64,000 nt of DNA, taken from positions 2,112,001-2,176,000 of the forward strand of contig OY764265.1 of the NCBI GenBank assembly GCA_963668355.1, in the 5' to 3' direction. Below the pieces are notes generated by a model. It made no database searches. It was not told the origin of the DNA and saw only the letters and a program-made list of their open reading frames with translations. Each line of letters begins with the position of its first letter. Position 1 is the stretch's first letter. Positions 50,620 to 60,952 of the stretch are shown piece after piece. Source of the stretch: Bdellovibrionota bacterium (GTDB lineage Bacteria > Bdellovibrionota_G > JALEGL01 > DATDPG01). The position numbers were made by a program, and so were the translations under genes.

Positions 50620-51651
50620 GTGACCAACCAAATCCCGATTCTTTCGTTGACGCTTGAGGAGTTGAAAGAAACTCTCAAGCCTATGGGGGAGTCTACCTAT
50701 CGAGCTGAGCAGATCTATGAATGGCTCTATCGGCATGGGGTTTCCTCGTTTTCCGAGATGACCAATCTGTCTGAGAGTTTGCGAGCCAAACTTCAGGATC
50801 ATTTCTTCTTAACGCCGCCCGTTTGTGAAGTGTTTGAATCCTCAGATGGAACCCGGAAATATCGCTTGAAATTGCAGGATGAAAAATCGGTGGAGATGGT
50901 GTGGCTGCCCGAAGAATCTCGAAACACACTGTGCATTTCGTCCCAAGTGGGATGTGCCTTGGCTTGTGCTTTTTGTGTCACGGGCAAAGTTGGTTTCCTC
51001 CGGAATTTGAACGTGGACGAAATCGTGCAGCAACTTCGTTCCGTCATCTTTGATGACCAAAGGCCGGTTTCAAATGTGGTGTTCATGGGAATGGGAGAAC
51101 CTTTGCTGAATATGGAAGCGGTTTTGAAAGCCATTCGCGTGTTCATCGAGCCCAAGGGATTGGCGATGGGAAAACGAAAGATCACGGTATCTACCGCAGG
51201 GATTGTCCCCAAAATTCGTCCCTTTTTGGAACGGGCCGGGGTGAAAATGGCCATTTCGTTGACCGGAGCATCGAATGCGAGTCGAGACCATTGGATGCCC
51301 ATCAATCAAAAGTACAATCTGGAAGATTTGGCTTCGGAACTTCGCAGGATTCCCATTAAAAAGGGACGCGTTTTCTTCTTTGAAGTCGTTTTGATGAAAG
51401 ATGAAAACGACTCAGAAGAGGAGGCCAGGCGTTTGGCAAAAGTCCTAAAGGGCATCCCCGCGCGGGTAAATTTAATTCCCTACAACGAAAATGGGGAATT
51501 CCCTCACTTGAAACGCCCTCCCATGGAGAGAGTGCAAGCGTTTCAAGATATCTTGATGAAAAACAAAATTCGTACGTTAATACGGAAAAATCGTGGAGAA
51601 GATGTCATGGCAGCATGTGGACAGCTTGCGGCTGGGCATCTAGAGAAATAG
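50620..51651 (+). CDS. rlmN: 23S rRNA/tRNA m2A radical-SAM methyltransferase RlmN
   Basis: CISSQVGCALACAFC, MGMGEP, NLIPYN, AACGQL. Confidence 0.96.
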   Translation: MTNQIPILSLTLEELKETLKPMGESTYRAEQIYEWLYRHGVSSFSEMTNLSESLRAKLQDHFFLTPPVCEVFESSDGTRKYRLKLQDEKSVEMVWLPEESRNTLCISSQVGCALACAFCVTGKVGFLRNLNVDEIVQQLRSVIFDDQRPVSNVVFMGMGEPLLNMEAVLKAIRVFIEPKGLAMGKRKITVSTAGIVPKIRPFLERAGVKMAISLTGASNASRDHWMPINQKYNLEDLASELRRIPIKKGRVFFFEVVLMKDENDSEEEARRLAKVLKGIPARVNLIPYNENGEFPHLKRPPMERVQAFQDILMKNKIRTLIRKNRGEDVMAACGQLAAGHLEK

Positions 51652-51665
51652 GAAGGAAATTTCAA

Positions 51666-52526
51666 ATGGCAAAAGCGACATTGGGCATTATTGGTGGAAG
51701 TGGACTCTATGAACTGGAAGGGTTGAGCAATATTCAAAAACACAAATTGGATACGCCTTTTGGTTCTCCCTCCGATGAATACCTATCCGGAGATTTGGGA
51801 GATACGCATTTGGTTTTTCTTCCTCGTCATGGTCAGGGCCATTGGATTACTCCAAGCGAAATTAATTTTCGGGCCAATATTTGGGGGTTTAAAAAATTGG
51901 GTGTGGAATGGATCATGAGCGTGAGCGCCGTTGGAAGCCTTCGTGAAGATATTGAAAGAGGGGATATGGTGGTTCCCAATCAGTTTTTTGATCGAACGCG
52001 TGAACGAATTTCAACGTTCTTTGGAAACGGTTGTGTGGCCCATACGATGTTCGGAGATCCCGTCTGTGAAATTCTTCGGAAGAAAATTGTGGACGCTTCG
52101 AAGAGCGTAGGTGCGAAGACCCATGATGGTGGAACGTATGTCAATATGGAAGGGCCAGCCTTTTCGACCCGCGCCGAATCACTCTTCTATCGGACGATTG
52201 ACAACGCGGCTGTTATTGGAATGACCAATCTCCAAGAAGCCAAGTTGGCACGCGAAGCGGAAATTTCCTATGCCACGTTAGCTTTGGCGACGGACTATGA
52301 TTGTTGGCATCAATCCGAAGAAGATGTGAATGCGGATATGGTCGTTCAAGTCATGAAAAAGAATGTGGCAACGGCCAAGAAAATCTTGGTGGAAGTGGCT
52401 AAGAATGCACCGGAAGGACATAGTCCGTTTAAAGGCGCACTCAAATACGCCATCGTAACAGACCCCTCAAAAATTCCAGCAGAGACCCGAGAGAAGTTGA
52501 ATCTTCTCATTGGTCCCTACGTGTAG
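51666..52526 (+). CDS. mtnP: S-methyl-5'-thioadenosine phosphorylase
   Basis: GIIGGSG, PRHG, EGPAFSTRAES, TDYDCW; ATG 51666. Confidence 0.94.
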   Translation: MAKATLGIIGGSGLYELEGLSNIQKHKLDTPFGSPSDEYLSGDLGDTHLVFLPRHGQGHWITPSEINFRANIWGFKKLGVEWIMSVSAVGSLREDIERGDMVVPNQFFDRTRERISTFFGNGCVAHTMFGDPVCEILRKKIVDASKSVGAKTHDGGTYVNMEGPAFSTRAESLFYRTIDNAAVIGMTNLQEAKLAREAEISYATLALATDYDCWHQSEEDVNADMVVQVMKKNVATAKKILVEVAKNAPEGHSPFKGALKYAIVTDPSKIPAETREKLNLLIGPYV

Positions 52527-52528
52527 AA

Positions 52529-54148
52529 TCAGGGCTTCTCACAAAACAATTTCAGTTCGTTCGGTCCTTTTCGGAAGGTACAGAGTTCCTCTTTGATCTT
52601 TTGGGCGGTGGGATCGGGCTCGGGAGATTCCAACGCCTTCTTTAGCGCCGGAAGACTCTGGGAATGTTTTTTCTGCTGCCATCGCGCCAAGAAAAGATTG
52701 AACCAGTATCGATGCGTTGAGGGACTTATCTGAACGCATTGTTCGAAAAGAGCTTCGGCTTTTTTAAACTGGCCGAGGTTTAAATGACTCACACCTAGAT
52801 TGTTCAAAATGGAAGAGTCGAGGGGATGCGTCTTTTTAGCTTTTTCATAAGTTGCAATGGCCAAGTTCCAATTTCCTTTGCGAGCATAGGCATTCCCCAA
52901 ATTATAAACGGCTTGAATGGAAGGAGAGCCGGATCGAATGATGGCTTGATAAAATCCAACTTCGGTTCGGAAATTTTGGTTGTTTTTTTGATTCAAGAAA
53001 AAAAGAACGGAAAGAAAAACCAGAACCAAAAAATAAAATGGTTTTGAGTTTGGAGGGGAGAAGAATTTTTGAATTCCCCAACCGAAAACAAAAGACGTGG
53101 CCACCATGGGTACATAGAAATAATGGCTGTTTAGGATGCCCGTTCGAGCCGTGGCTACGGTTACCAATCCGAGAGAAAGCATCCCCCAGAGAGTTCCCCA
53201 GAGGAGCCAGGAGGGACGTTTTACATGCCAAACCAAAAGGGAAGAAACAAGGAAGAGCATTGCGATGGATGTGAGGCCCGAAAAAGAATAGAGAGAAAAG
53301 TCGTTAAAAATATCCTTCATGGGCATGACATCGATCGGCCAAAAAAACGCTTTCAAAAAACCGAGCAAGACGTTCGGAAAAACAACCCACATTTGAATGA
53401 AATGTTTGGAGTCGCTGATTTCCTTTCCCACGCCCAAGGCATTCAGTCGCAAGGTAATGAAAAGAAGAAGCGGAAGGACTAAAGCCAACAGTAGACGCAA
53501 AGAATGCGCTTTTGACTTCGAACGGGAGATCTTGGGAAGGGCAAGGATTCCCACGGCGAAAAACACCAAACCCACTTCTTTTGACAAAAACGAAGCCAAC
53601 AGAAAAAGAGCAGGAAGGAAAAGGCGAATTCCACGCTGACATGACTTGGCTGTGAAAAAGAAAAGAAACAAAAGACCAAATAGCGTGGCCAAGGAATCCG
53701 CTCTCGCGGAAACGTAATGAACTGGAGTCGAAGCACTGGGATGAAGGGCAAACAAAGCTGCACTCAAAAAGGCGATTTTCGGTGAGAGAAGATGTTGGAA
53801 AAAAAGATAGGCGGTGAGCACGACACATAGGTGAAGAAGAAGATTGGTCAGGTGAAATCCAAAAGCATCCTTTCCCCACAGTTGATGGTCCAAAAGAAGC
53901 GAAGCGTTGAAGAGGGGGCGGTAGGTGTCGACCTTGGCCTGGTCAACGCGTTTCCCCAAATCCACATTGTGCCACACCTCGGTAGAAAAAATGGTGGGAA
54001 GCTGTCCCCATCGTTCGAGCAGCTTTCCTTCTAAAACCTGGGGGCCATCGTCCCAATATAGCTCATTTTGGGGGGCTTGTCGGTAGGCCAGTCCCGTAAT
54101 GAGGAGCAGAAGGAGTCCCGAGAGGGCATTTTTCCAAAAAGAATTCAC
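52529..54148 (-). CDS. TMTC-like GT-C membrane glycosyltransferase with TPRs (copy 3)
   Basis: LYWDD, YRPL, FHLTNLLLH, FALHP...VSARADSL, LSKE, degenerate SHYFYVP, TPRs. Confidence 0.78.
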   Translation of the reverse strand: MNSFWKNALSGLLLLLITGLAYRQAPQNELYWDDGPQVLEGKLLERWGQLPTIFSTEVWHNVDLGKRVDQAKVDTYRPLFNASLLLDHQLWGKDAFGFHLTNLLLHLCVVLTAYLFFQHLLSPKIAFLSAALFALHPSASTPVHYVSARADSLATLFGLLFLFFFTAKSCQRGIRLFLPALFLLASFLSKEVGLVFFAVGILALPKISRSKSKAHSLRLLLALVLPLLLFITLRLNALGVGKEISDSKHFIQMWVVFPNVLLGFLKAFFWPIDVMPMKDIFNDFSLYSFSGLTSIAMLFLVSSLLVWHVKRPSWLLWGTLWGMLSLGLVTVATARTGILNSHYFYVPMVATSFVFGWGIQKFFSPPNSKPFYFLVLVFLSVLFFLNQKNNQNFRTEVGFYQAIIRSGSPSIQAVYNLGNAYARKGNWNLAIATYEKAKKTHPLDSSILNNLGVSHLNLGQFKKAEALFEQCVQISPSTHRYWFNLFLARWQQKKHSQSLPALKKALESPEPDPTAQKIKEELCTFRKGPNELKLFCEKP

Positions 54149-54311
54149 GTTGTTGGGATTCGACTTTAGAGAAGATGTGAGGGAAGGGGAATTTTTAAGA
54201 AATAACGCAGCGCGTTTTTAGAAATATATTGTAATGTAAGGTAAGGCAGATTTTCTTTGACCCATAAATATATTTTTGTAATGCTATCAAAGAGTTAAGC
54301 TCAAGTATCTC

Positions 54312-55139
54312 ATGTTTGCTGTAAACGAAACGCATAAGGGACTCCAGGGAGAACATTCAAAGGTGATCTCTGTTCTGCATTCGCTCAATGAACCTAAGAT
54401 TGCTGCAGCGGATCATCCAGCGGAACCCACAAAAGCGTTCGTGGTGACGATGGGCGGAAATGATGCGGGAGAATATCAAACGCATATTGTTCTTTTCCTC
54501 ACCAAGACTCAAGACCGTGTGATGTATAGCTGGGACGACGGATCTTATTCCCAGGATGAACGTTCTTCCATTGAGGAACAGGCACTCGATTTTGTCGAGA
54601 ACATGGGATTCATGATGGATAATTTAAATTTGGAAACATTGGAAGATTCTCAGCGGGTATCGGTGGTAAAAGGTCTTCCTGTTTTTGAAGAGGTTTCGGC
54701 AGTGGAGGAAAAAATTTCTCAAGAAGATCAGGCTGAGTTGGATGATCTGGATTTGATTGATGACTTGGATTTATTGGAAGAAGTCGGTGGGGATGTAAAT
54801 GCCTCAGAGCAAGAGTTGCCTGACTTATTGGAAGAAGAAGATTTTTCTGGCACGAAAGAAACCAGCGTGCGTGCAGGTGTTTTAGACGGTATCCCATCTT
54901 CTTCGGAACAAGCCAAGCCTTTGGAAGTCTCTTCTCCGGCGATGGATGACGAGGCCTTCCAGATGATGGAAGAGGAATTTTCTCGTTCTCCAGAAGAGTT
55001 GGAACAAGAGCTGGATTCGGTTGTGGATGCCTTGGAAACAAATGTGAAACCAAAGGGTGAGAAGCCCGTGGAGGAAAACCTTTCCCCTCGGCAAGCGGGA
55101 GTGTTTCGCGCCCTTGTAAGATTGATGGCGAGTTTTTAA
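54312..55139 (+). CDS. Hypothetical protein upstream of tgl with a long acidic linker
   Basis: Folded-looking N-terminus (LHSLNEP...ALDFVENMGFMMD), Asp/Glu-rich middle, C-terminal LVRLMASF; stop abuts the tgl ATG. Confidence 0.75.
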   Translation: MFAVNETHKGLQGEHSKVISVLHSLNEPKIAAADHPAEPTKAFVVTMGGNDAGEYQTHIVLFLTKTQDRVMYSWDDGSYSQDERSSIEEQALDFVENMGFMMDNLNLETLEDSQRVSVVKGLPVFEEVSAVEEKISQEDQAELDDLDLIDDLDLLEEVGGDVNASEQELPDLLEEEDFSGTKETSVRAGVLDGIPSSSEQAKPLEVSSPAMDDEAFQMMEEEFSRSPEELEQELDSVVDALETNVKPKGEKPVEENLSPRQAGVFRALVRLMASF

Positions 55140-55928
55140 ATGAACAAACTGAGCATATTTATTTTTGTTTCTCTTTGGATTTTTGTTGCGGGCTGTGCCG
55201 GAAGTAAATCCAAGGATATGGCTAGAGTCGAACAATCCGCCATGCATTATCGGGTGGCTCAAGATCTTTTGATGAAAGGTCAAACCACGCGCGCCATGGC
55301 CGAATTGCATCGGGCAGAAAAATTAAGCGACAAAGAACCTGAGATTCACAATTTGTTTGGATTGGCTTACCTGCAATTGACGGAAACCGAAAAGGCAAAA
55401 AAAAGATTTGAACGCGCCATTGAATTGGATCCCGAATTTTCAGAAGCACACAATCATCTGGCCGTCATTTTGATTGAACAAAAACAATATGATCAAGCGG
55501 TGATTCATGCCCGCAAAGCTGTGGAAAATTTGAACTATACGACGCCTGAAAGGGCCTACCACAATATGGGCATTGCGTATCGTCGAAAAGGTGATCTCAA
55601 TGCCGCCATCAAATCGTTTAATAAAGCGCTTCTCCACAATTCAAATTTTGTCATGAGCCGGAATGAGCTGGGACAAATTTTGATGGAGAAAGAAAAGTAT
55701 CGGCAAGCTGCCAGCGTTTTGAAGCCCGCCTCGGCAACTTGTGATGCTTCTCCCAAAGGAGCTTGGAGAGATGAATGCTCGCAAGCTTATTATAATTTAG
55801 CTCGGGTGTATGTGAAGTTGAGGAAGCGAAACCAGGCGGTCTCTGCGTTTCGCAATTGTGTGAAAGCTGATGATGGAGAGGGGGCCTATGCCCAGAAATG
55901 CCGAAGCAACCTTGAAATTCTTCAATAG
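55140..55928 (+). CDS. tgl: T4P pilotin TPR lipoprotein (Tgl/PilF/PilW)
   Basis: Lipobox FVAGC, TPRs, NLNYTTPE motif, Cys-containing C-terminus; ndk-rlmN-...-HTH synteny. Confidence 0.8.
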   Translation: MNKLSIFIFVSLWIFVAGCAGSKSKDMARVEQSAMHYRVAQDLLMKGQTTRAMAELHRAEKLSDKEPEIHNLFGLAYLQLTETEKAKKRFERAIELDPEFSEAHNHLAVILIEQKQYDQAVIHARKAVENLNYTTPERAYHNMGIAYRRKGDLNAAIKSFNKALLHNSNFVMSRNELGQILMEKEKYRQAASVLKPASATCDASPKGAWRDECSQAYYNLARVYVKLRKRNQAVSAFRNCVKADDGEGAYAQKCRSNLEILQ

Positions 55929-55971
55929 CAATGCTCCGACGTTGTTGAAGTCGGCGCAGAAGTTAGATGAA

Positions 55972-56352
55972 GTGAGTCGAGAAACTGAAGGACAAACCTT
56001 TGGGCAGTATTTGCGAAGAGAGCGAATTCTTCGGGGAATAACCAAGGAGGAAGTTCTTCGAATCACCAAGGTCCAAGCCGAGTATTACGAAGCTCTGGAG
56101 TCCAATCGTTTTGATTTGCTCCCTCCAAGAGCGTTTGTTGTGGGATTCTTGAAGGTCTTTGCGGACTATGCCGGCCTGGATAAAGACGAAGTCGTGACGC
56201 GTTTCCTGGCGCAGTATCCGACCAAGGTCAAAGAAGAGGTGGATGAGTTCGAGCAAGTGGGGTTTGTTCGAAAGCATGCCGGAAAGGTATTTGCCTTCAT
56301 TGGATTTGCGTCGTTGATTTTTCTCATGTTCGCCCCTCTATTGCGCGGTTAA
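55972..56352 (+). CDS. RodZ-like HTH protein with C-terminal TM (short form)
   Basis: FGQYLRRER...ALE...LPP.AFVVGFL..FA.Y.GLD; start approximate. Confidence 0.8.
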   Translation: MSRETEGQTFGQYLRRERILRGITKEEVLRITKVQAEYYEALESNRFDLLPPRAFVVGFLKVFADYAGLDKDEVVTRFLAQYPTKVKEEVDEFEQVGFVRKHAGKVFAFIGFASLIFLMFAPLLRG

Positions 56353-56366
56353 CCGAGAGGCTTGAC

Positions 56367-57053
56367 TTAACCGGTCTGGATCAACGTCGAGAAAAAAAGA
56401 ATCAATATCACCACAATCAAAAACAAGAGAATAACAGCCGACTGAAACCACACGGATTTTCGAAATAAACGGCTCTTTTTTGAAGGGGAAACCCAGTCCT
56501 GGGAAATGGAGGAGAGCTGAGTCACTTCATTGTCTTCCTCAACGGCAATCAATTTTAAGCGAGGAATTTTCCGAATGTATTCGGTTCGTTCGGGGGTATA
56601 GCGGTTGTGGTACGACTCCACGTTAAATTCTGTGACCAAATCGTTTTGAACGAATTGGTACTTTCCCCGAGGTGAGCTGAGCTGGGCTTTGGAGGAGGGT
56701 TTCTTTAAGTATTTCCAAATGTTTGCACCATAGGCGTGAAAAAGGCTGGGGACCACTTCTTGAAAAATGAGAGAGCACCTTCCCAGATCAATCACATCGC
56801 CTGGTGTGAGGGGTTGATTGGTCACCACCTGGCCGTTGACCCTGGTCATATTGGTGCTTCGGAGATCCTTTAAAATAACCTGCCCATCTTCGGTTAGAAC
56901 GATCTCGCAATGTTCTCTGGAAATGGAAGAATGGTTGATTCGCAGGTGACATCCTGTACGTCGGCCGACCATCATCTGGGGAGAATTCATGGGCACCGTA
57001 ACAATGAAGTCACGGTCAAAGAAAAGATGAAAAGAGGGGATCCGTGTTTTCAT
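56367..57053 (-). CDS. FHA-domain protein with C-terminal TM anchor
   Basis: VGR, ISREH, DLRSTNMT.VNG, L.PGD. Confidence 0.85.
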   Translation of the reverse strand: MKTRIPSFHLFFDRDFIVTVPMNSPQMMVGRRTGCHLRINHSSISREHCEIVLTEDGQVILKDLRSTNMTRVNGQVVTNQPLTPGDVIDLGRCSLIFQEVVPSLFHAYGANIWKYLKKPSSKAQLSSPRGKYQFVQNDLVTEFNVESYHNRYTPERTEYIRKIPRLKLIAVEEDNEVTQLSSISQDWVSPSKKSRLFRKSVWFQSAVILLFLIVVILILFFSTLIQTG

Positions 57054-57289
57054 GACGATTTTTCCGCTACCATTTCCAATACAAACCCCATTTGACCGCT
57101 TGTGATCTCGAACTTGGTTTAACATAAAAAGCGACACTTCGCCTATGCTTTGGCTTCTGATTCTTTGACCAAATCGCTATAATTCATTCTACTGTTTATG
57201 GTTTTGGAACTTTTATTGACGCCGTGCGGCTTTCTTGTGTTTCGTGGCTTCTTTTCACGGATTTGAAAAAGAAGATTTAAGGAGTGTGT

Positions 57290-60200
57290 ATGTTTCGATG
57301 GATGAATAAGGTTTTTGCACTGTTGGTTTTCCTTTCGCTCTCTACTTCTCTGTGGGCGGCGGGGGCCAATCAGATGATCAATCAAGGAAAGGCGCTGGCG
57401 CAGAAAAACCGGTGGACCCAAGCCACAAAATATTTCGAGAAGGCCGTACAGATGGAGTCTCGAAATGCTCAGGCTCGTTATTGGTTGGGCAGAGCCAGAG
57501 AGGTCGCCAAGGATTATGACCTTGCCTTGGATCAATATCGCAAAGCCGTCATTTTGGATCCCCGAGACGGAAAAAGTTATCGAGGCATCGGAAATGTTCA
57601 AATGAAAAGGGATGAGCCTGCGGCCGCTGTAGCTGCCTATAAGAAGGCCATTGAGATCAATCCCAAAGACCATCAATCCCGCTTGGCCATGGCTTCGGCC
57701 TTAGAGAAATCCGGTCAATCTCGGGAGGCCCTGGATCAGTATCGGCAACTTTTCGAAGCGAAAAGCAAACTCAACAATTCGAGTTTGATTCGAGCCGGTT
57801 TTTTGGCGCGGGAAATGGATCGAGATTCAGATGCGCAAAAGTTTTTCGAAGCGGCTGTCCGAAATGGTGCAAAGGATGCCAAAGTCTACAACGCCTTGGG
57901 AGAGATTCATGCGCGAAGAAAAGATTATGACCAAGGCATGAACTATTTCGCGCGTGCAGAACGCCTCAATCCGCGAATGGATCAAGCCATCTCGAATCAA
58001 GGGTTGGTCGAAATTCAACGTCGCCGGTGGAAGGCTGCGGAAAACCACTTTCGACGGGCGTTAAAGGTCGCGCCGAAAGATGTGAATTACTGGAAACAAA
58101 TGGCCTTCATTGGCGAGTCCTCCAAGAATCAAACATTGCAGATTCAAGCCTATAAGGCGCTATCCAAGCTTGAGCCTGGGGACATTGATCACCTTCGTAA
58201 ATTGGCGAATTTGTATCAAGCCACTAAAAATCCGAAATTGGCTGAAGCGACCTTGGAAAAGGTCGTGGCGAAAGATGGCGATGACTTGGATTCCCTAAAA
58301 ACTCTGGGGGAAATGACCTATCGACGTAAGGCCTACAAGCGAGCCCAAAAGCACTTCCAAGCCGTTCATCGATTGGATCGAAAAAACGCTAGAGCGCCAC
58401 ATGTTTTAGGAATGATCGCCTTCCAAGAAAAACAAATGAAAGAGGCCTCCGCGTTTTTGGCTCGGTCCGAAGAACTGGGGTCCAAAAATCCAGAGACTTC
58501 TTATTATCTGGGCCGTGCTTACGAAGCGCAGAAGGGCCGGGAAGCGAATGCCATTGCCGCCTATGAACGCGCCTTTTCCCGAGATCGAAAGAATGTGGAT
58601 GCGGGGTATCGAGCCGGTGTTCTTTTGGAAAATCGAAAGGGCGACCGAGAGGCCATGGAATTCTTTGAAAAAGTGGTCCGACAAGACCCAAAACATTTTC
58701 GTGCATGGGAGCATTTGGCCTTCCTTCGTTATAAACACAAAGATTGGAAGGATGCGGCGAATGCCTTCGAACATTTTCACGCGCTGAGAAAGCCCCATTC
58801 AAAAAGTTCCGTTGCCTGTGCTCGTACGTACGTGCATTTGAAAGATTGGGCCAAAGCAGAGGCGATGTTTGGACGCGCCATCCGCCTCAACCCCAAACAA
58901 CCCAAACTGAATTTCGAACAAGCCAAAGTGCAAGTGGCACGGAATCGAAAGAAATCTGCCCGAGCTTCTTTGCGGGCTCTTGTGAAATGGGTGCCCAAAC
59001 ATAAAGAAGGCCATCTGATGCTGGCGGATCTTTATTATGAGGTTCCCTATTTCTCCAATGCCTTGAAAAGCTATGAAACCGTCATGAAATTGGATCCGAA
59101 GAATGTGCACGCGCAGGAGCGTATTTCTCGCATTCATTTGAGACGGAGACGATACCCACAAGCCCTTGCGAATTTCCAAAAAGCCATTCGCTTGGATGGA
59201 AACCGAGCGGACTTTCATTGGGAAGTGGGTCGATTGGAACGAAGGATCGGTACAGCCGAGAAATCGATTCGTGCTTTTGAAAAGGCCACCATTCTCGAAC
59301 CCGGGAATGCTCAGTATCAATATGACTACGCACGAGGACTGAGAAAAGCCAAACAATTTAAGAAAGCCGCGTTGGCTTATGAACGCGCGGGAAAAGCGGA
59401 TTCCAAGCGAAAAGAGATCTTCTTGGAACTGGGAATGACGTATCAAGCGCTCAAAGCGTATGACAAAGCTGCCGATGCATTTGGTCATGCGGCATCCATC
59501 GATCCAAAGGAATTGTCGGCTCATGCCGGTCGCGGTTATTCCCTCTCAAAAATCGGGAAATGGAAAGAGTCGGCCAGGTCCTATGGCCGGGCGACGAAAC
59601 TCGCTCCCAAGGACGTGAAGTTGGCCTATCGCTATGCCTATGCCTTGGAGCGAAGTGATCAAAGGCGGAGTGCGATTCAGGCCTATCGAACCGTGATCCG
59701 TTTGGATCCGAAACATCAGAGAGGTCAGGCGCACTTAGGACGTCTTTTGTGGATGAACGGACAGAAAGAGTTGGCCCGACCTTCGCTGGAAGCTGCCGTA
59801 AAACTCAATCCTGCGGATGATGTGAGCCAAGAACTCGTGGGAGAGTATTTCTGGGAGAAAAACAAATTACGTCGCTCGGAGCGTGCCTATCAGGTTGTGG
59901 CCAAGAAGCGTCCGAAAGATGCCAAAGCCAAGATGCGATTGGGAATGATTCAACGGCGCTGGAAAAATTACAAAGAAGCCAAGAAGCAACTTGAAGCCTC
60001 CATTCGTTTGGATCCCAAACAAGCGACGGCCCATTATGAGTTAGGTTTGACCAAAGTGGCTTTGAAGGATGACCGAGAGGCGATGCGTTCTTTTGATAAC
60101 GCCATTCGTCGGGATGAAAAACATTCCCGAGCCTGGTATCAAAAATCAAAAATCTATGCACGTCGCAAAGAAGTTCCCGCTCAAATTCACGCTTTGAAAA

Positions 60201-60889
60201 AAGCCATAGATATTGATGGGAGATATGTTCGAGCCCGTTTGGCTTTGGCAAAAGCCTACGCAGGAAAGGAAGAATTCGAGAAGGCCCGACGTCAATATGA
60301 AGAGGTCGTAGACGTCGAACCGGACAATGAAACCGCGTGTGTGGAGTTGGCCTATCTTTATTTGGATAAAAAGGAGCCCACAAGAGCGATCAAGGTCTTG
60401 AAACAATACCTTGAGAAACATCCGCGAAACGGGACCGTCCGCTACCATCTTGGACACGCCTTGTATCAGTCGAAGAAGTCAGACGAGGCCTTGGTGGAAT
60501 TGCAAAAAGCCATTCGAGACAACCCCAAGAATGCCAAAGCTCATTCTTTGACGGGTCTGATTCTTTTGGAACAGAACAAGCTCTCTCAAGCAGAAGCCCG
60601 TTTTGAACGTGCCAAACGGATGTCTCCGAGATTGGCGGATTCCTACTACGGCCTGGGTCGCGTGGCGGCTGAGCGAAACCAAATTGAAAAGGCCATTTCG
60701 CTTCAGAAGCGAGCCTTAAAGTTGGATCGAAAACTCAAGGATGCCCATTATCGACTGGGTCTTCTCTATGAAAAGAAAGGATTGAAGAAGCAGGCCAATG
60801 AGGAGTATGGAAAAGCCATTGGCGTGGATCCTCTCGCCGATATCGGTAAGAAAACCGATCTGGAAAAAGTGGAGAAAAAATCCAGATAG
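57290..60889 (+). CDS. Very large exported all-TPR protein (about 1200 aa)
   Basis: Signal peptide; continuous ~34-aa repeats ending LDP/LNP; Lys/Arg-rich; AAGGAG RBS. Confidence 0.88.
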   Translation: MFRWMNKVFALLVFLSLSTSLWAAGANQMINQGKALAQKNRWTQATKYFEKAVQMESRNAQARYWLGRAREVAKDYDLALDQYRKAVILDPRDGKSYRGIGNVQMKRDEPAAAVAAYKKAIEINPKDHQSRLAMASALEKSGQSREALDQYRQLFEAKSKLNNSSLIRAGFLAREMDRDSDAQKFFEAAVRNGAKDAKVYNALGEIHARRKDYDQGMNYFARAERLNPRMDQAISNQGLVEIQRRRWKAAENHFRRALKVAPKDVNYWKQMAFIGESSKNQTLQIQAYKALSKLEPGDIDHLRKLANLYQATKNPKLAEATLEKVVAKDGDDLDSLKTLGEMTYRRKAYKRAQKHFQAVHRLDRKNARAPHVLGMIAFQEKQMKEASAFLARSEELGSKNPETSYYLGRAYEAQKGREANAIAAYERAFSRDRKNVDAGYRAGVLLENRKGDREAMEFFEKVVRQDPKHFRAWEHLAFLRYKHKDWKDAANAFEHFHALRKPHSKSSVACARTYVHLKDWAKAEAMFGRAIRLNPKQPKLNFEQAKVQVARNRKKSARASLRALVKWVPKHKEGHLMLADLYYEVPYFSNALKSYETVMKLDPKNVHAQERISRIHLRRRRYPQALANFQKAIRLDGNRADFHWEVGRLERRIGTAEKSIRAFEKATILEPGNAQYQYDYARGLRKAKQFKKAALAYERAGKADSKRKEIFLELGMTYQALKAYDKAADAFGHAASIDPKELSAHAGRGYSLSKIGKWKESARSYGRATKLAPKDVKLAYRYAYALERSDQRRSAIQAYRTVIRLDPKHQRGQAHLGRLLWMNGQKELARPSLEAAVKLNPADDVSQELVGEYFWEKNKLRRSERAYQVVAKKRPKDAKAKMRLGMIQRRWKNYKEAKKQLEASIRLDPKQATAHYELGLTKVALKDDREAMRSFDNAIRRDEKHSRAWYQKSKIYARRKEVPAQIHALKKAIDIDGRYVRARLALAKAYAGKEEFEKARRQYEEVVDVEPDNETACVELAYLYLDKKEPTRAIKVLKQYLEKHPRNGTVRYHLGHALYQSKKSDEALVELQKAIRDNPKNAKAHSLTGLILLEQNKLSQAEARFERAKRMSPRLADSYYGLGRVAAERNQIEKAISLQKRALKLDRKLKDAHYRLGLLYEKKGLKKQANEEYGKAIGVDPLADIGKKTDLEKVEKKSR

Positions 60890-60904
60890 GCAGGGAAAAA
60901 GAAC

Positions 60905-60938
60905 AAAAAAAAGGGCCTCTAAAAAGAGGCCCTTTTTT
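60905..60938. terminator. Bidirectional intrinsic terminator
   Basis: AAAAAAAAGGGCCTCT-loop-AGAGGCCCTTTTTT between convergent genes. Confidence 0.9.
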
Positions 60939-60952
60939 ATTGGATCTGTTGT

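Noticed and set aside
51666..52526. mtnP as a dedicated partner recycling MTA from the spermidine-synthase-like protein
   Set aside because: It sits in a housekeeping ndk-rlmN run, and the SAM-fold protein lacks aminopropyltransferase motifs
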